Notes under the pieces: model-generated | Database searches by the model: none | What the model saw: only the letters and a program-made list of their open reading frames with translations | What the model was told of the DNA's origin: nothing | Shown here: positions 26,801-39,071 of the stretch, in pieces | How positions within the stretch are numbered: position 1 is the first letter of the stretch | Layout of the letters: each line of letters begins with the position of its first letter | Assembly: GCA_965637545.1 (NCBI GenBank) | Contig: OZ281498.1 | Span: forward strand, 4,650,001 to 4,714,000 | DNA: 64,000 nucleotides | Direction: 5' to 3' | From: Phallusia mammillata | Lineage: Eukaryota | Position numbers and translations under genes: made by a program

Positions 26801-28448
26801 CCCTACCATGACCTTCCTATATTAACGCGAATCTTGTAGGTTTTACAATGAAGACGTTGATTGGTCAATTCGAGCGGCATCATCAGGTTTGAAGGTTTGC
26901 CGCCTTGAAAGCATTGCGGTGGCCATTAAAGCAATTCCATCATCGGAAAATGAACTGATAAACCCCGAAAGGTATGAGTAACAAGGAAATCGTCTACTGA
27001 CTGTTAATTTTAAATTTGTCCCCAGCTGAATTTGAAAATTATTTATTTATGCCTGATTGAGTTTCATGCACGACTAGTTTTTCAATTAATTGTTCGCGTG
27101 CGGCGTGGTACATTTATGAGGAAAATTTCACATACCAGAATAAATGATACCGTAGATTCGTAGAACGTCAATAGGGAAATTCCCGGTAAAAAAGTTAAAA
27201 ATGTTGAACCTCCTTTTTTAAATTTCTGGATATGCCGGTAATGTCAACTATTATATGTGTGTGTGTTCTACTATTATGTTTTTAATCGTCTGTTTATGAT
27301 TCTATTACGACAAAAATAGAAGTTTACACTGACTATACTGATTAAATTGTTACATTACGAATCTCTTTTTTCAGTTCGAAAACCCTTATGACGGCCGCGG
27401 ACTCCGAGTTCGAGCCTCTTGCCTTCCATCCACATCAACTGCTTGAAACCTACTTTAGCCTCAACGCATCTGAACTGTTTCCTCTCAGCAAGAACGAAGC
27501 GTCCCACCCCGTACTTTGTCTCGACGGTTACGTGTCACTGGGACCCGAGGTAGGCATTTAGTTCAGTCCAATTAGCCTACGCCTAGATTAATTTTGGTAA
27601 GGTGCCCATAAAAGCATTAAGGCGATCTTTACTGTAATTAGAAGCCTTAATCGTTTTTAGGGCTTGATATTTCACCTCTGTAAATTTTTAGATATTTGTG
27701 GAATTTACGAGCAGTCATCCTCTCGCACCTTCGTGGGCAATCGACTGCAGTAAAGAATACGGAGCTCTCATGTTGTTTTGTCCCAGCTCCAACGTAAAAC
27801 CAGAATTCCTGCACGAGTTTTCCTTTATCGAAGGTAGGGTTTGTTGTTTTGTCCATGTATAAAACATTACTGGTAATACTTATGTTGGTAATTATCCCAA
27901 ATTCAAGGACAAATTTCCGAAATAAGAACGGTATGGCAACCTTGGTTATAAGTTTTACACGCCAATTACTTAATGCTAAATATATATTTGCTGTAATCTG
28001 GCGCCCAACGACGTAGTGATTTTTACTGCCTGTTAGTGCCAGTGTATTAGACACATTTCATCAAGAAACAGTAGTCCAAATTTAAACTTGGAATCAACAC
28101 ACTTGTAGATTGGTGCCTGAAATTGTGCTCTGCAATGTTTCATTCCACAAGCAAATGTACAACTATATTTGCACCATAAGTGGTTTGACACCAAATATTT
28201 AACATTTGTGCTTTAGTACATGTGCATTTTCCAATCCGCATAACATGTGCTTTTCCGGAACAGGTGCGACGGTTTGCGTGATTAGCAATGACCGCAGCTC
28301 TCTGCGCCAGTCAGTGGTGAAGCTCAATCTGGAGAGAGACTGGCACTTCCGTCTCACCGATGAGTTTCAGACGGCAAGCAGCGAAACGTTGGGCGGAGTA
28401 AAGATTCGACCCCTTTATTTCCTGACAGGAGTTCGCAAGACAAAATAG
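8839..28448 (+). CDS. GREB1L: GREB1/GREB1-like protein (C-terminal glycosyltransferase-like domain)
   Basis: Phase-consistent exons: 8839-9001, 9058-9210, 9285-9412, 9478-9650, 9715-9836, 9949-10137, 10267-10494, 10549-10806, 11136-11365, 11431-11518, 12073-12248, 12732-12864, 13046-13162, 13626-13789, 14304-14512, 14578-14661, 15098-15260, 15836-15924, 16516-16672, 17141-17181, 17251-17284, 17374-17508, 17813-17878, 17946-18058, 18442-18644, 18718-18796, 19288-19406, 19872-19957, 20640-20752, 21222-21392, 22096-22153, 22213-22318, 23863-23942, 24069-24239, 24754-24979, 25628-25790, 26363-26525, 26685-26782, 26840-26971, 27375-27549, 27692-27833, 28264-28448. Motifs matching recalled vertebrate GREB1/GREB1L: [62 protein letters not shown] and [38 protein letters not shown]...RPLYFLTG. 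Some mid-gene exon boundaries may be wrong. A probable 5' UTR exon lies at 8421-8561. Confidence 0.93.
16223..16442. mobile_element. Degenerate hAT-type MITE in a GREB1L intron
   Basis: Ends are CAGTGGTTCCCAACC ... GGTTGGGAACTGTTG. The interior (ccatgcaaagatcatttcaaaa...ttcacaggtcagattccca) recurs at about 20048-20198. The target-site duplication is poorly preserved. Confidence 0.6.
19444..19834. mobile_element. Older, internally deleted copy of the CAGGGGTGCACAACC MITE family
   Basis: Ends are CAGGGGTGCACAACC ... AGGTTGTGCATTCCTA, with GCGGCCG subterminal motifs. It is homologous to the copies at 35210 and 36058. Confidence 0.7.
20048..20198. repeat. Right-end fragment of the same MITE family as 16223-16442
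   Basis: Shares ccatacaaagatcatttaaaa...ttcacaggtcacattccca and ends in TTGGGAACCACGG. Confidence 0.55.
23036..23414. mobile_element. hAT (Blackjack-like) MITE in a GREB1L intron
   Basis: Terminal inverted repeats CAGGGTTACCAT ... ATGGCAACCCTG, internal TGTCCTT repeats, and a perfect 8-bp target-site duplication cttataaa (23028-23035 and 23415-23422). Confidence 0.85.
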
Positions 28449-30137
28449 CCACTCCTTTATGGTCCACTATATAATGTTGTTACGCACTCCTGATACTTTT
28501 TACCCATGGGTCAGTTGTACAGCAGTCTTCCCTGGCCCCAAAGCGTGTCATTTTCATATCTTAACATTCCTCGGGTGCTTTCAATACAATCGGTATTAAA
28601 CACCTCAAGCAGTTATACTGGAACGTATTTTGAACTGAAATTAGCACATTTTGAATGAACTCAAAATCTAGTCACCATATTCTCAATGTGTCTATTTTGT
28701 GCATTCGTGTCAGTGCTTTTCGTGCTGCGTTGTGTGGAACCAAAGACAGAGCTTGTATCAATCCATTTTGCCGCCCCACTATGCACGCTCGTGTACTGGA
28801 AGCCATTCGCAATGTCGTACATGGTTATTTGCGTGCTCCGCGGCGCCATTTAGTGTAGATTTTCCGCGTACATTTGTGCTTCGGACTTAATATGTACTAA
28901 CCTCTAGGAATATGCCTCGAAAATGTTTTAATGAACGTAGTTTTCACAAGCGGATATTTCCGAATACACGGTCTACTGGTCGTTACCTCATTACTAACTT
29001 TACCCATCAATGTCGATATAACCGCCTTCCCCCAAAAAACGTGCTTTTACCTCGTCGCATGCTCCTCAAGCGTTCCTTACATTTTTGCATTGTGACAAAT
29101 TCTTCAGGGAAAGTCCCTTTTTTCTTCAAACCGTCCGCGCGACTTTCTTCAAAAAGTTTTTAACGCGTTCTTCCGCCCTCAAGCTCTTCAAGCGATTTCA
29201 GCACATGTCAAATTTACATGTTCCATTCCACAAAAGACGCCAAATCCTCGCCCATTTCGCATCTTCCCCACCCATACCTGCTTCGCTTCAACGTCGATAC
29301 AACAATTATCGCTGTACTTTGCAACCAGTAACCTCAGATTATTTATAACCTCGCATGTTGTCTTTGCATTGGAAGTGTTTTTGAATGGCTTTTTTTTTTT
29401 TTTTTTTTGAAAGCCTTATATATACTTTTTTTGAGCGCCTATTTTCGATTTGTGACTTTGTATTGTGTTTTAGTGTGCGTTTTTTTTTTTTTTTTTTTTC
29501 GCTGTCATGTACAAAATTTCGTGACCCCTATACGATACAAGCACGTATTTTGTGAGCAACAGTAGTAATCATCCCCGAATCATTGCGATTTGTGTGTATA
29601 TACCAATTTGTACAAACATGTAACCCCACGTTTTGAAAAGACGCCTCGCCTAATGTACCCGTACCATGACTATTATGTGAACACTGAAAATTTCCACTTT
29701 AATGGCTTCAGCAAATCTCTTGTCCCTTGTGAACACAGGCGTAAAGTCCCATTTTTTTAAGAATTCGCGTATTTTTAAATTCCCTACAACTTTTGCCTGG
29801 ACTTCAAAATTCTGTCTGTTTTTTTAACGTGACAAATTGCTTTCGCTTCCGCCGCCTCACCCCGTGTAAGCTATCCCGTTTTTCCTCCATCTACCTCGTG
29901 CACTCGCATCGTACTCAGGACGTAGATTTCCCATGACATGGTCCGATTGTGGTGTTTTCACTTTGTTACAGAGTTTGTGTGTGTGCGTGCGTGTGTTCGT
30001 ATAATTACGTCCCGTAACATACGAAGAATCACTGAATAATGTTTTCTTACGTTGTTGTAGTTGAGATTCAGGGCGCGAAATGAAGCTGCTGGACAAATTA
30101 AGCTAATTACAGTTGTTCCAGAACTGATAGTCTAACC

Positions 30138-30602
30138 CAGTGGTTCCCAACCGGGGTTCCGCGGAACCCTAGGGTTCCGTACAACCCTTTCAGGGGTTCC
30201 GTGAACTTTAACGGTTGCACGCGGTTCGAAGCGGTTTGGTGTAGCAATTCAAACACGAATGATTCATAATATCATTGTTTCAAACTGCTAAACCATCTAG
30301 TCGCGCCCAAACCATGTAATTAACTTTTGTTACACCATTGATCAATTGTGACGTAATAAATACAACCTTGATACACTCTAGCTAAATTGCAAGATAAATG
30401 TAGAAACGACCGTTCCAAATAACATGACAATACGTTTTGGTGAGTCGTTGAATTGAAGTCAACCTTTATGATGTGCTTGATCATTTTTCTTTGATGTAGC
30501 CTACTTGTATTAGATTCATTATAATTATTTTATGAGGGGTTCCGCAAAGTTTGACAAAATACCTTAAGGGTTCCGTGCCACTAAAAAGGTTGGGAACCAC
30601 TG
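30138..30602. mobile_element. hAT (Charlie/Buster-like) MITE with GGTTCCG subterminal repeats
   Basis: Terminal inverted repeats CAGTGGTTCCCAACC ... GGTTGGGAACCACTG and a perfect target-site duplication gtctaacc (30130-30137 and 30603-30610). Confidence 0.9.
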
Positions 30603-31303
30603 GTCTAACCGTTCTAAAACAGTCAATTTTATCTTGATCCAGACCCTCATGTTTGTATATGTAGCTGACTACTAAGTTTATGAGGTGTTTTGGAAGAGAA
30701 AAAAACTCTAATATTAGTCTTATGCAGCATGTTCATTAAGGAATATACCCAAGTCAATTTTTCGAAAAACAGATCGAAGGACTTGATAGGCTACTGACGC
30801 TAAACCTTTCGTATGTTCCCATCAATTGCGTATTTTCACACATTGCAAAAAAAAGAAAACCAGGGAGGGAACAGGAGGTTAAAGTTGTCAGAAGTACGTA
30901 AATACCAGAAAAATGTGAAGTTCGACTGATGATTTTTTGATTTGATAGTGCAGAAGTAGAATATTTACACGCAAAGTGTCTTTATGAGTGGGTGAAAAGG
31001 TTCTAGTTTGTTGAACAACTTTGTAAAAAATCCTTAAAAGGTTGTAACATCAGTGATAAGATATTTCTTCTTCATAATAATACAACAAATACGTACAAAA
31101 TATGGAACCAGAATTTTCTTTACCCGAATAAAATCGTTCATCTCATGGGAAATAATTAAAATCCACAAAATGAAATCGTGTTGTTTTCTAATTCTACCGA
31201 TAATAACGTGTTTTGAGTTCCTGTTCCTATTTTGTCACAGCCATTATTGTGCATAGATTTGATTACATATATTTGCTGATATCTTATTCAACCAAAATAC
31301 ACA

Positions 31304-34079
31304 ATGAGCAACGAAGAGGAAGTCCTGCGCATTGCAAAAAAATTAGACAAAATGGCGGCAAAGAAAAATGCGGTAAATAGTTGCATTTTACATGACTAAC
31401 ACGTTTTTAATTGCGTGGTTTCTTTGAAAATCGTTTGGTATGTTAACGGTGTGACCAAACTCATACACATCATGTATTTTAGTTCAAACTATTCACTCTT
31501 GTTTTCGTTCTTCATTAATCATTTCTTATAGTTAAACAACAAATGCAAAAAATCAATTTTATGTAAAAGTAACAAAGAATCTCATATACACCATTAAATT
31601 TCACTAATGTTGTGACAAATCATACTCATAAAAATAATAATATGAAATGGAAGCCTGCTATACTAATAACAAAAAAACATTGACTCAGGACAATGCATTG
31701 GATGTGTTGAATGTTCTAAAGAAAATTCAAATTAGTTATGCAACTTTAAAAAAGACGCGCATTGGAATGTCTGTCAACAGTATTCGAAAACAAACCAAAA
31801 ATGAAGAAGTTGCTGTTGCAGCGAAGCAGTTAATAAAAGGATGGAAAAAACTGGTTGGAAATGATGGTAAGCTAAAGTGCTATTATGAAGTTACAAAACT
31901 GTTTTTGCTGTAATCTCCCAAAATAAAAAAGTCATCCCAATCTAAAAAATGTGAAAGCGTTAAATTTAACTGTATTATTATTATTATTCAGAGCCAAATG
32001 GAAACAAAAAACCAGAACCCAGAAAAAGTGATGACACTGAACCAGAAATTTCCACAACTATTCAAAAAGAAAAACAAATTGAGGTATCTTGTATAAAGTA
32101 AATATATGAAGATTTTCCTTTGAAACTATAAAATGATATTTACATAGAAACAAATAGCGTGATACACATTTTCAAATGAGAATAAAAAAAGAACCATATT
32201 GGTTAATTCCCATCAATTCATTCACTGGTTTACTTGGCAATGCTCATATATTTTAAAAGAAAACCATTTTGAGACAATGTATTTACATTCAAAAAGCTCA
32301 TAGACTTATACACTACTACTGCACACATTGTGTTATGAACAGAGAAGTAATTCCACATCTTCATTTGAGATGGACACATCTGCCACTCTGTCTCTAACTA
32401 ACAATCCTATTCGTGATAAATGCAGAGAAATGCTGTTGAGAGGATTAATTGCAGATGGTGAGTAGGATACAAGGACTGAAGTGTTTTGTTCTGTTGTTGA
32501 CAGTTGCTGAAAATGTCTGTGTTGTAAAGTTAAAAAAAAATTACTCTTTTATATTATTTTAGGTCATTCAGGCCACAGTAATTCCAGATGTACATTTGTT
32601 GCTGCTGCTATTGAAGAAGCTATCTTTGTTGAGTTTAAAGACACTGGAACCAAATACAAAAATCGAGTGCGAAGCCGATTTAGTAATCTTAAAGACGCAA
32701 AAAATATTGGCCTTCGAATGAATGTATTGAATGGAGTGGTGAAGCCAGAAAAAGTAGCCAAAATGACAGCTGAGGTATTAACAAAGCATATTCTTAATAA
32801 GTAAGCTGCAGACAGTGCACACTGTTTCAACCAAAAAGATGTTATTAGTGCATTCTGTGGCAGTGTGCACTGTCTGCAGCGTACTTGTCAGGTATTGGCT
32901 CAATACTTATATGTTCATTCTTAATAGTTTGTGGACTTTGAGTTTAAAAATTCCTAACACAAAATTTTAATACAAATTGTTCTTTTATGTAATCACACGT
33001 TGACAAGCCTTTTTTAGACATAGATAATTTACCATGTTAATTTGTTACAATTACAATGTTTTGCAACAGTAGAATGCCTAAATTAAGCTGTAATAATTGC
33101 TCTTTTGTTTTGTCCTTCTACATACAGCAACATTTTTCATGTGTACAGGAAATGGCCAGTGATGAAATGAAAAAGCTTAGGGAAGCATATGAACAAGAAA
33201 ACATTAAAGACCATCAGATGGCTGTAAATGAAGGCACAAAAACCGATATGTTTTCATGCGGTCGATGCAAGGGCAAGGCGTGCACGTATAACCAGGTAAG
33301 CATTAATCACGTTTCAAGTGAAAGCTTTAACGTCCGTTTTTTATGAACCGTTTTTGTTACTCCACATTTTATGGAGCATTGAGGAAAACCTGACTTTAGT
33401 GGTCTAAAATGACCTTTGCTTTATTAACGTCTGATGCGCTAAGTGCATCAAAGTGTGAAGGAATTTCATTGCTAATAAACAAACTAACTTGTTACACAAG
33501 GTTGGTCGCCCTGGCTTGCTTTTTTAGCAAATAATTTTGCTGTTTTTTAAGTAGTGTATGTTGTCTTGTGACAAAAAAAATTGCTGAATTAGAAGGGCGG
33601 TTTTGTGGCGCCATTAAGTTTTGACGTACACTGTATGCTAAAAATGTTAGTCACCAAGGAATGTCAAATTTTGTACAACGGCTAACGAAAAATTACGTTT
33701 AAAGTCGTTTAAGTGATATTGCATCTCCAAAGTACAGCTACAAAAATGTTTAGCCAAGTTAAACATGGATCAGCCCTGAAGCCTTTACACATATCAGCTA
33801 GCCTATGCCTGGCCATATGAGAGGGAGATCTGTTAATTTAGTGAAACGCGTCAATGGGCCTTGCATACTACGATACAGAAATGTTTAGCGTACAATTCTT
33901 ATCTCGTTCCATTTCTACAGATTTTGCATAATCTTACATTTAAATGAATAAGATTTATTGACCATGCTAGCTCTTAAACTATTCACTCTTTTTGACAGTT
34001 GCAAACCCGCAGCTCGGACGAGCCGATGACCACATTTGTGTTCTGTAACGACTGTGGAAACAGATGGAAATTCTGTTGA
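31304..34079 (+). CDS. TCEA1: Transcription elongation factor S-II (TFIIS), 297 aa
   Basis: Exons 31304-31372, 31689-31866, 31992-32083, 32343-32457, 32563-32774, 33149-33295 and 33999-34079. Motifs: [50 protein letters not shown], and the zinc ribbon CGRCK...[30 protein letters not shown]. It is a co-orthologue of vertebrate TCEA1/2/3. Confidence 0.97.
32799..32886. other. Strong inverted repeat (hairpin) in TCEA intron 5
   Basis: gctgcagacagtgcacactg (32805-32824) is the exact reverse complement of 32861-32880. The loop is 36 nt, and pairing extends about 5 more bp past one mismatch. Confidence 0.85.
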
Positions 34080-34658
34080 GTTTAGCGTCGCCCGAAAACC
34101 GTCTTCTGCTTCAGTTTGGCGTTTCGGCCTCTCGTACCAAGAGTGCATTTTGTTTTTGCATTTATCTGTTTGGAATGGAAATCGCACGAATCCTGTTAAA
34201 CTGCTAAGCCATCTCAGCTCATTTACCTGCTCAAACTTGCACACTTCAATCGGGTTATTTTAGTTTCCTGTTAAAATTGTTAAACATAACATGAAAACTG
34301 AATTCCTCTTGACCTTTGAACCCCAATTATACCATATCAGAGTTTTGAAGGTATTTTTGAAAACCCGCTGCAGGTGTGTAAAATTGTACTTGCAACCAGT
34401 GCCTTTGGAACACATCAGAAAGCTGCTCTTTCACCAGCCCATCCTGTTGTAGACATTACCCTACAGTGCACATTCAACGAAGCTTTGTATTATTCTTGTA
34501 GTTCGAAAACGTGACATACCGTGTTGTGTGGCTTCAGCCTTGACAATTTATCCAATGCCCTTCTTATCCGTGTAAGTTGTTCATAGTTTAAGTCTTGGTG
34601 CACATTTTTCACGTTTGTAGAGGGAACTATTAGTGTGTATTTTGTCAGCCCATGGCTT

Positions 34659-34964
34659 CAGTGTTTCATACCAGAACGAAATATATAAAAAAAAATTGCT
34701 TAATTACCGAAATAAAAAATAAAACAGGACTGAACAAGATATCGCTACATTTAATTTCGGTATTTTGTTCTGAATTTTTTGCGAAAGGGTTTAGGGTTGG
34801 AAACAGCACTAAGGGAATAAAATCAAAATAGCGTGTAGTTTTTATTTCGGTGAAACCGTAAAGTAACGAAAGTAGCACATCAATAGCAGAACGAAAAAGA
34901 AACGAAATAAATAATTATACAAAAATAGTAACTTTGTTCTGTTTCGTTTCGGTATGAAATACTA
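34659..34964. mobile_element. Probable MITE with imperfect terminal inverted repeats
   Basis: Ends are CAGTGTTTCATACCAGAACGAAA ... TTTCGTTTCGGTATGAAATACTA, with repeated ccgaaat/aacgaaa subterminal motifs. No clear target-site duplication. Confidence 0.6.
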
Positions 34965-35209
34965 TAAGCTTATCCATAAATCCATGGCGGACATTCTTGG
35001 CGTGTTTTATGCTACGTAACGTTCTTTTGAGGTTTTGGAATTAATTAGTTAATACTGTTCAAGTTTGCATTTATTGTTTTGCCCAGTTGAAGCGCATCTG
35101 AATTAAATGTTGTCTTTAGTGTGCGGAGCTTTTTGAGCATCTTTCGACAGTGGCAGCATTAGGGAACCATTTGGTACAAGAATTACGTAGAATTTTGTTG
35201 ATACTAAAG

Positions 35210-35692
35210 CAGGGGTGCACAACCTGCGGCCGCATGCCGCCGAATAGATGATTTTGTACGGCCGTGAACATGTTTATTAAAATATATGCACTGGCGGCCG
35301 TGACGTAAAAAAACTCTTTTGCTAAATATTTTGACTTTCAAACTGCGTTAAATAGATTTTGTAAGACTAAAGAATATTACCTGCCTAGTAACCCCCTGTG
35401 CATCATACTTTATATACGCCTATTGTATGCAAACAATGCAAATAAACAGTCACCTCTTGCGTCACAATATAGATTATGACGTCATAAATAGCTCAGACTG
35501 TTTAGCTCAATCTGTGGATCAAGTTTTAAATTATCCAGGCTTTTTGTACGCCATTAGATGGTTTATGTAGGTGGGACAAGCCCTATTTTCACACAATAAA
35601 TTTTAAAACAAAAACAAGCAGGTAATTGGCGGCCGTTGGTGAAATAAGGATCTGCGATGCGGCCGTCTTAGCAAAAAGGTTGTGCACCGCTG
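35210..35692. mobile_element. hAT (Charlie/Buster-like) MITE with GCGGCCG subterminal repeats
   Basis: Terminal inverted repeats CAGGGGTGCACAACC ... GGTTGTGCACCGCTG and a perfect target-site duplication tactaaag (35202-35209 and 35693-35700). Confidence 0.9.
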
Positions 35693-36057
35693 TACTAAAG
35701 TCATGTCAATTGTCAACGTCTGGGGGCAAGAGGCGGTTCGTGAAAATAACAACAGAAAGTTCGGTGTGATTTCATGAAATATTTTATCGTATTTTCAATT
35801 AATTATGTCAGTCAACCTTAAAACATCTGAGCAGTGCCTCGACTCTGCCTTTAGGGTAAATCAGCGGCAGTTATCATACGAGAAACGACCTTAGCCCAAG
35901 GTCGGCGGAGTGTTGTTTCGGGCACAGTATAATAAACAGTAACCATAACTCATAGGTACACAAAAAGTGTAAGTATATTATGCTAAACCACCCCTGGCAT
36001 TCGATACACAAGACTTGAACTTTGGAACCATCGCAACTAAATGATTAACATATATGT

Positions 36058-36555
36058 CAGGGGTGCACAACCTGCGGTCGTACGGCCGCATGCGGCCGCG
36101 GAGACGAGTTTGTGCGGCCGTGACCGCATGTATATTAAAGTACATGTACTGGCGGCCGTGACGTAACTAAAACTATTTTGCTGAATATTTTGATTTTCAA
36201 ACTGCTCTGAACAGATTTCGTGGGATTGGAAAAAAGATTACCAGCCTAGTAACCGTATGTGCCAGACTTTTTGTACGCCAATTGTGTGCAAACAATGTGA
36301 AAAAACAAGCACCGCAATCGTCACAAAACAGATTATGATGTCATAAACAGCTAGGTATGTTCAGCTCAACCTAAGCACTAAGTTAGAAATTATTAATCTG
36401 GGCTTTGTAAGCGGATGGTAGATGGAATATGTATGATGTAAACCTATTTCTTTGCACCAGTAATTTTAAAACAATAACAAGCAAGCAATTGGCGGCCGTT
36501 GGTGAAATTAGGACCTGCGATGCGGCCGTCATAGAAAAAAGGTTGTGCACCCCTG
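36058..36555. mobile_element. Second copy of the CAGGGGTGCACAACC MITE
   Basis: Terminal inverted repeats CAGGGGTGCACAACC ... GGTTGTGCACCCCTG, target-site duplication atatatgt / atctatgt (7/8), colinear with 35210-35692. Confidence 0.9.
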
Positions 36556-39071
36556 ATCTATGTTAATGACAAAAGTTTTGTCAAAACTTTAGTGACAAAT
36601 GGTCACATTATATGCCATTTCCATAGCAGTTTTGCGGTCGAAAAATGCTAGTTATATGTAAAAAAGAACAACCAAGAATCGTATCACAAACTACTGTTGT
36701 TAAATAACGGCATCAAGTCATTTTCCGTAATGCTAACTTGCATCTGTGTAAATAATTCACGTAATTTGTAGCAGCATCATCTGTTACCGGTGACAGATAA
36801 GCATAACCTGTATTGCACAGTTATGTGGGTTCAGAAACTCCTGCCAAGTCCCAATTTTAATCTTTCAACCTCATTTAAGGGTCAAATTTCAACGTCATTT
36901 GAAACAATACTCTATCCAATCAAGGCCAGAAAAAGTTCACAAGGCTTTTATGCAATCAAACATCCTCTTTCATGCGAAATTTAAATCATAAATAATACAA
37001 CATTTTTTTCGCCAATTATCTTCGCTTTGAAGCCGAAATCCGTAGATTTTACTCCTTATTCGTAATAGGTTATTTCCAGGGTGATTAAAAGGCTTGGATA
37101 GATGTGAGCCAAGCTGCACATTTGTCATCCACTCAACAATCATCTATCACTATAAAACCACAGTTGATGTTAGCAAAGGTAATGATGTTGCAACCATGAT
37201 TGACGTTCGTCACGTTCCTCGATTCTCTTGAGAATTTACACAAAACAAATTGCCAATCAAGTTGAATTTATTGCACAGTACGAAAACGACAATTTTGTGT
37301 TAAAGAGAAAGTGTCTAATAGTCAACGATTTTTTTTGCAAAATAGTGCGAACTACCTGTCACTATTTTGCCAAAAATTAGAGACTTTATTTATGTGACAC
37401 AAATCGCTTTAGGTCGCGATTACCGCTTGTTTGACTCATTTTAAATAAAAACAATATCGCAAACTGTTCTCTGATTAATGCTACGGTGTGTCCAATAGTT
37501 TGGCACGCAAAATAGCCTTTGTCAACCCTCTGTAGTGCAAAGCCAAATTCCCAAAAAACATCGGCCAGTCAGGTGTCAAACCCTTATTCATTATTCTATG
37601 CATTACTCATGGAATTATGCAACGAGGAAAAGTTTGGAATAACGCGTTACCAGCCATTAGTGTCAACGGCGTTTGGAAACGAGCGCTATCAAAATTCGGC
37701 CCGGCATTATCGCCGACTCGCAGTGACGCCTATGTGGCCGTTGGACATTGATTCGCGGATCATGTTTACTAAGTGTGCGCTGGAATTTCGCGGGACGAAG
37801 CCCACCTGGGAATTGGACGAATATTCCGTTTACTGAATACATTTTATTTCCGCATAAAGAATTTACATCCACCCGCCGCAATGCGCCCTTCAAGCCTGTA
37901 TATAATCGAGAACACACAGGGATCCCGACATTAGCAGCTAACGGTACCTGATCTACTTCAGCAAATAGTAAGAAAATATATGTTGGACTAAGTACAGACT
38001 TTATACAGTAGGAAAAGGCTTAAGAAAACGTTGCGTTGTAACAACTTTTTTTCTTGCGTTGGTGAATTCACATGAAAAAACATAATCTTGTCAATAACCT
38101 GGTGAGACTAGGCAATAAACTCAGATAATGGTTGTTGTGCGCAAAAACGACCATTAGTTTGCTTTGCTTTTTGTGTTCCGTCATTTGTATTTAGAAAAAC
38201 CTTTACATACAAATAAATGTTAGTTAGTTTCTATTAGGTTGTGTTTATTGGTTAAAAAAATGTGTTGTCTTTTAAGCATGGACACGTACTATCGTGTAGC
38301 TTCAAAGTAATATTTAAAAAGTTAAGTGGTAACGATGAGACTTTTCAAATCAAAAAAGAAACATGCAAAGCGTTTGGTGAACACCTTAAAGCGACGGTCA
38401 ATACCATTGTCTTCAGGCTTAGAAACTATATGCATGTTATAAACATGCTTGCCATTTAAACATCATACTAAAACGTCTAAGCTGATCTCGGTGCATATCG
38501 TGTAACAAGAAACAGAATTTTAATCGTCCACTTATTTTCATTATTCATGATGCGCAAAATACATATTGCAGGCGATTTGTCCAGTCAAATCCATATTGGT
38601 GGCATGGTTTCCCATCAAGGATTCTCATCAAACCCACGGTGGTCAACAGTCCGCAAAAAGGGTTACACGTTTAATTATTAATGTGGCCAGGTATTTTTTT
38701 ATCACCCATGTGCATTGAGACCATGGCTGAATAAACAGGTAATTTTATGTCACGCATATATGCTTATTGGTCGAAAAGAACGGCAGTTGCAATAACGAGT
38801 CATGGAAATGCTGAAATCCCTAAAATCGTTTCACATCTGATGCACTCTGTAGTAGGCAGGTTTGATTCAGAGGCAGACTTCTGGGCGCAAAAAATTGAAG
38901 CAGAAGTATTGATAATTATCAATTACGATAATGGCATCGATAAAACCAACATGTTGTCATTGAAAAACGGTTTAATTAGGAATACAATAAATCAGACGTA
39001 TTTGTTTTCAGATTTGTAACAATTCGTAGTCGACTGAGTTAATCTTGTGTTTAATATTACTCAAACAAACC

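Noticed and set aside
27647-28054. 135-aa minus-strand ORF
   Set aside because: It is antisense to GREB1L exon 27692-27833 and has no recognisable motifs.
28912-29499. Purine-rich minus-strand stretch and two ~20-nt T runs as a retrocopy or hidden gene
   Set aside because: All three minus frames are interrupted by stops and there is no target-site duplication. It is most simply GREB1L 3' UTR or intergenic DNA.
34017-34022. TFIIS hairpin QTRSSDEP instead of QTRSADEP
   Set aside because: The catalytic DE pair is intact and the Ser variant also occurs in vertebrate TCEA2 as I recall it, so it is not novel.
37519-37951. GC-richer block with short ORFs and a TATA-like TATATAA
   Set aside because: There is no consistent exon structure or recognisable RNA gene. 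It may be regulatory DNA upstream of the peptide gene, but I cannot support that.
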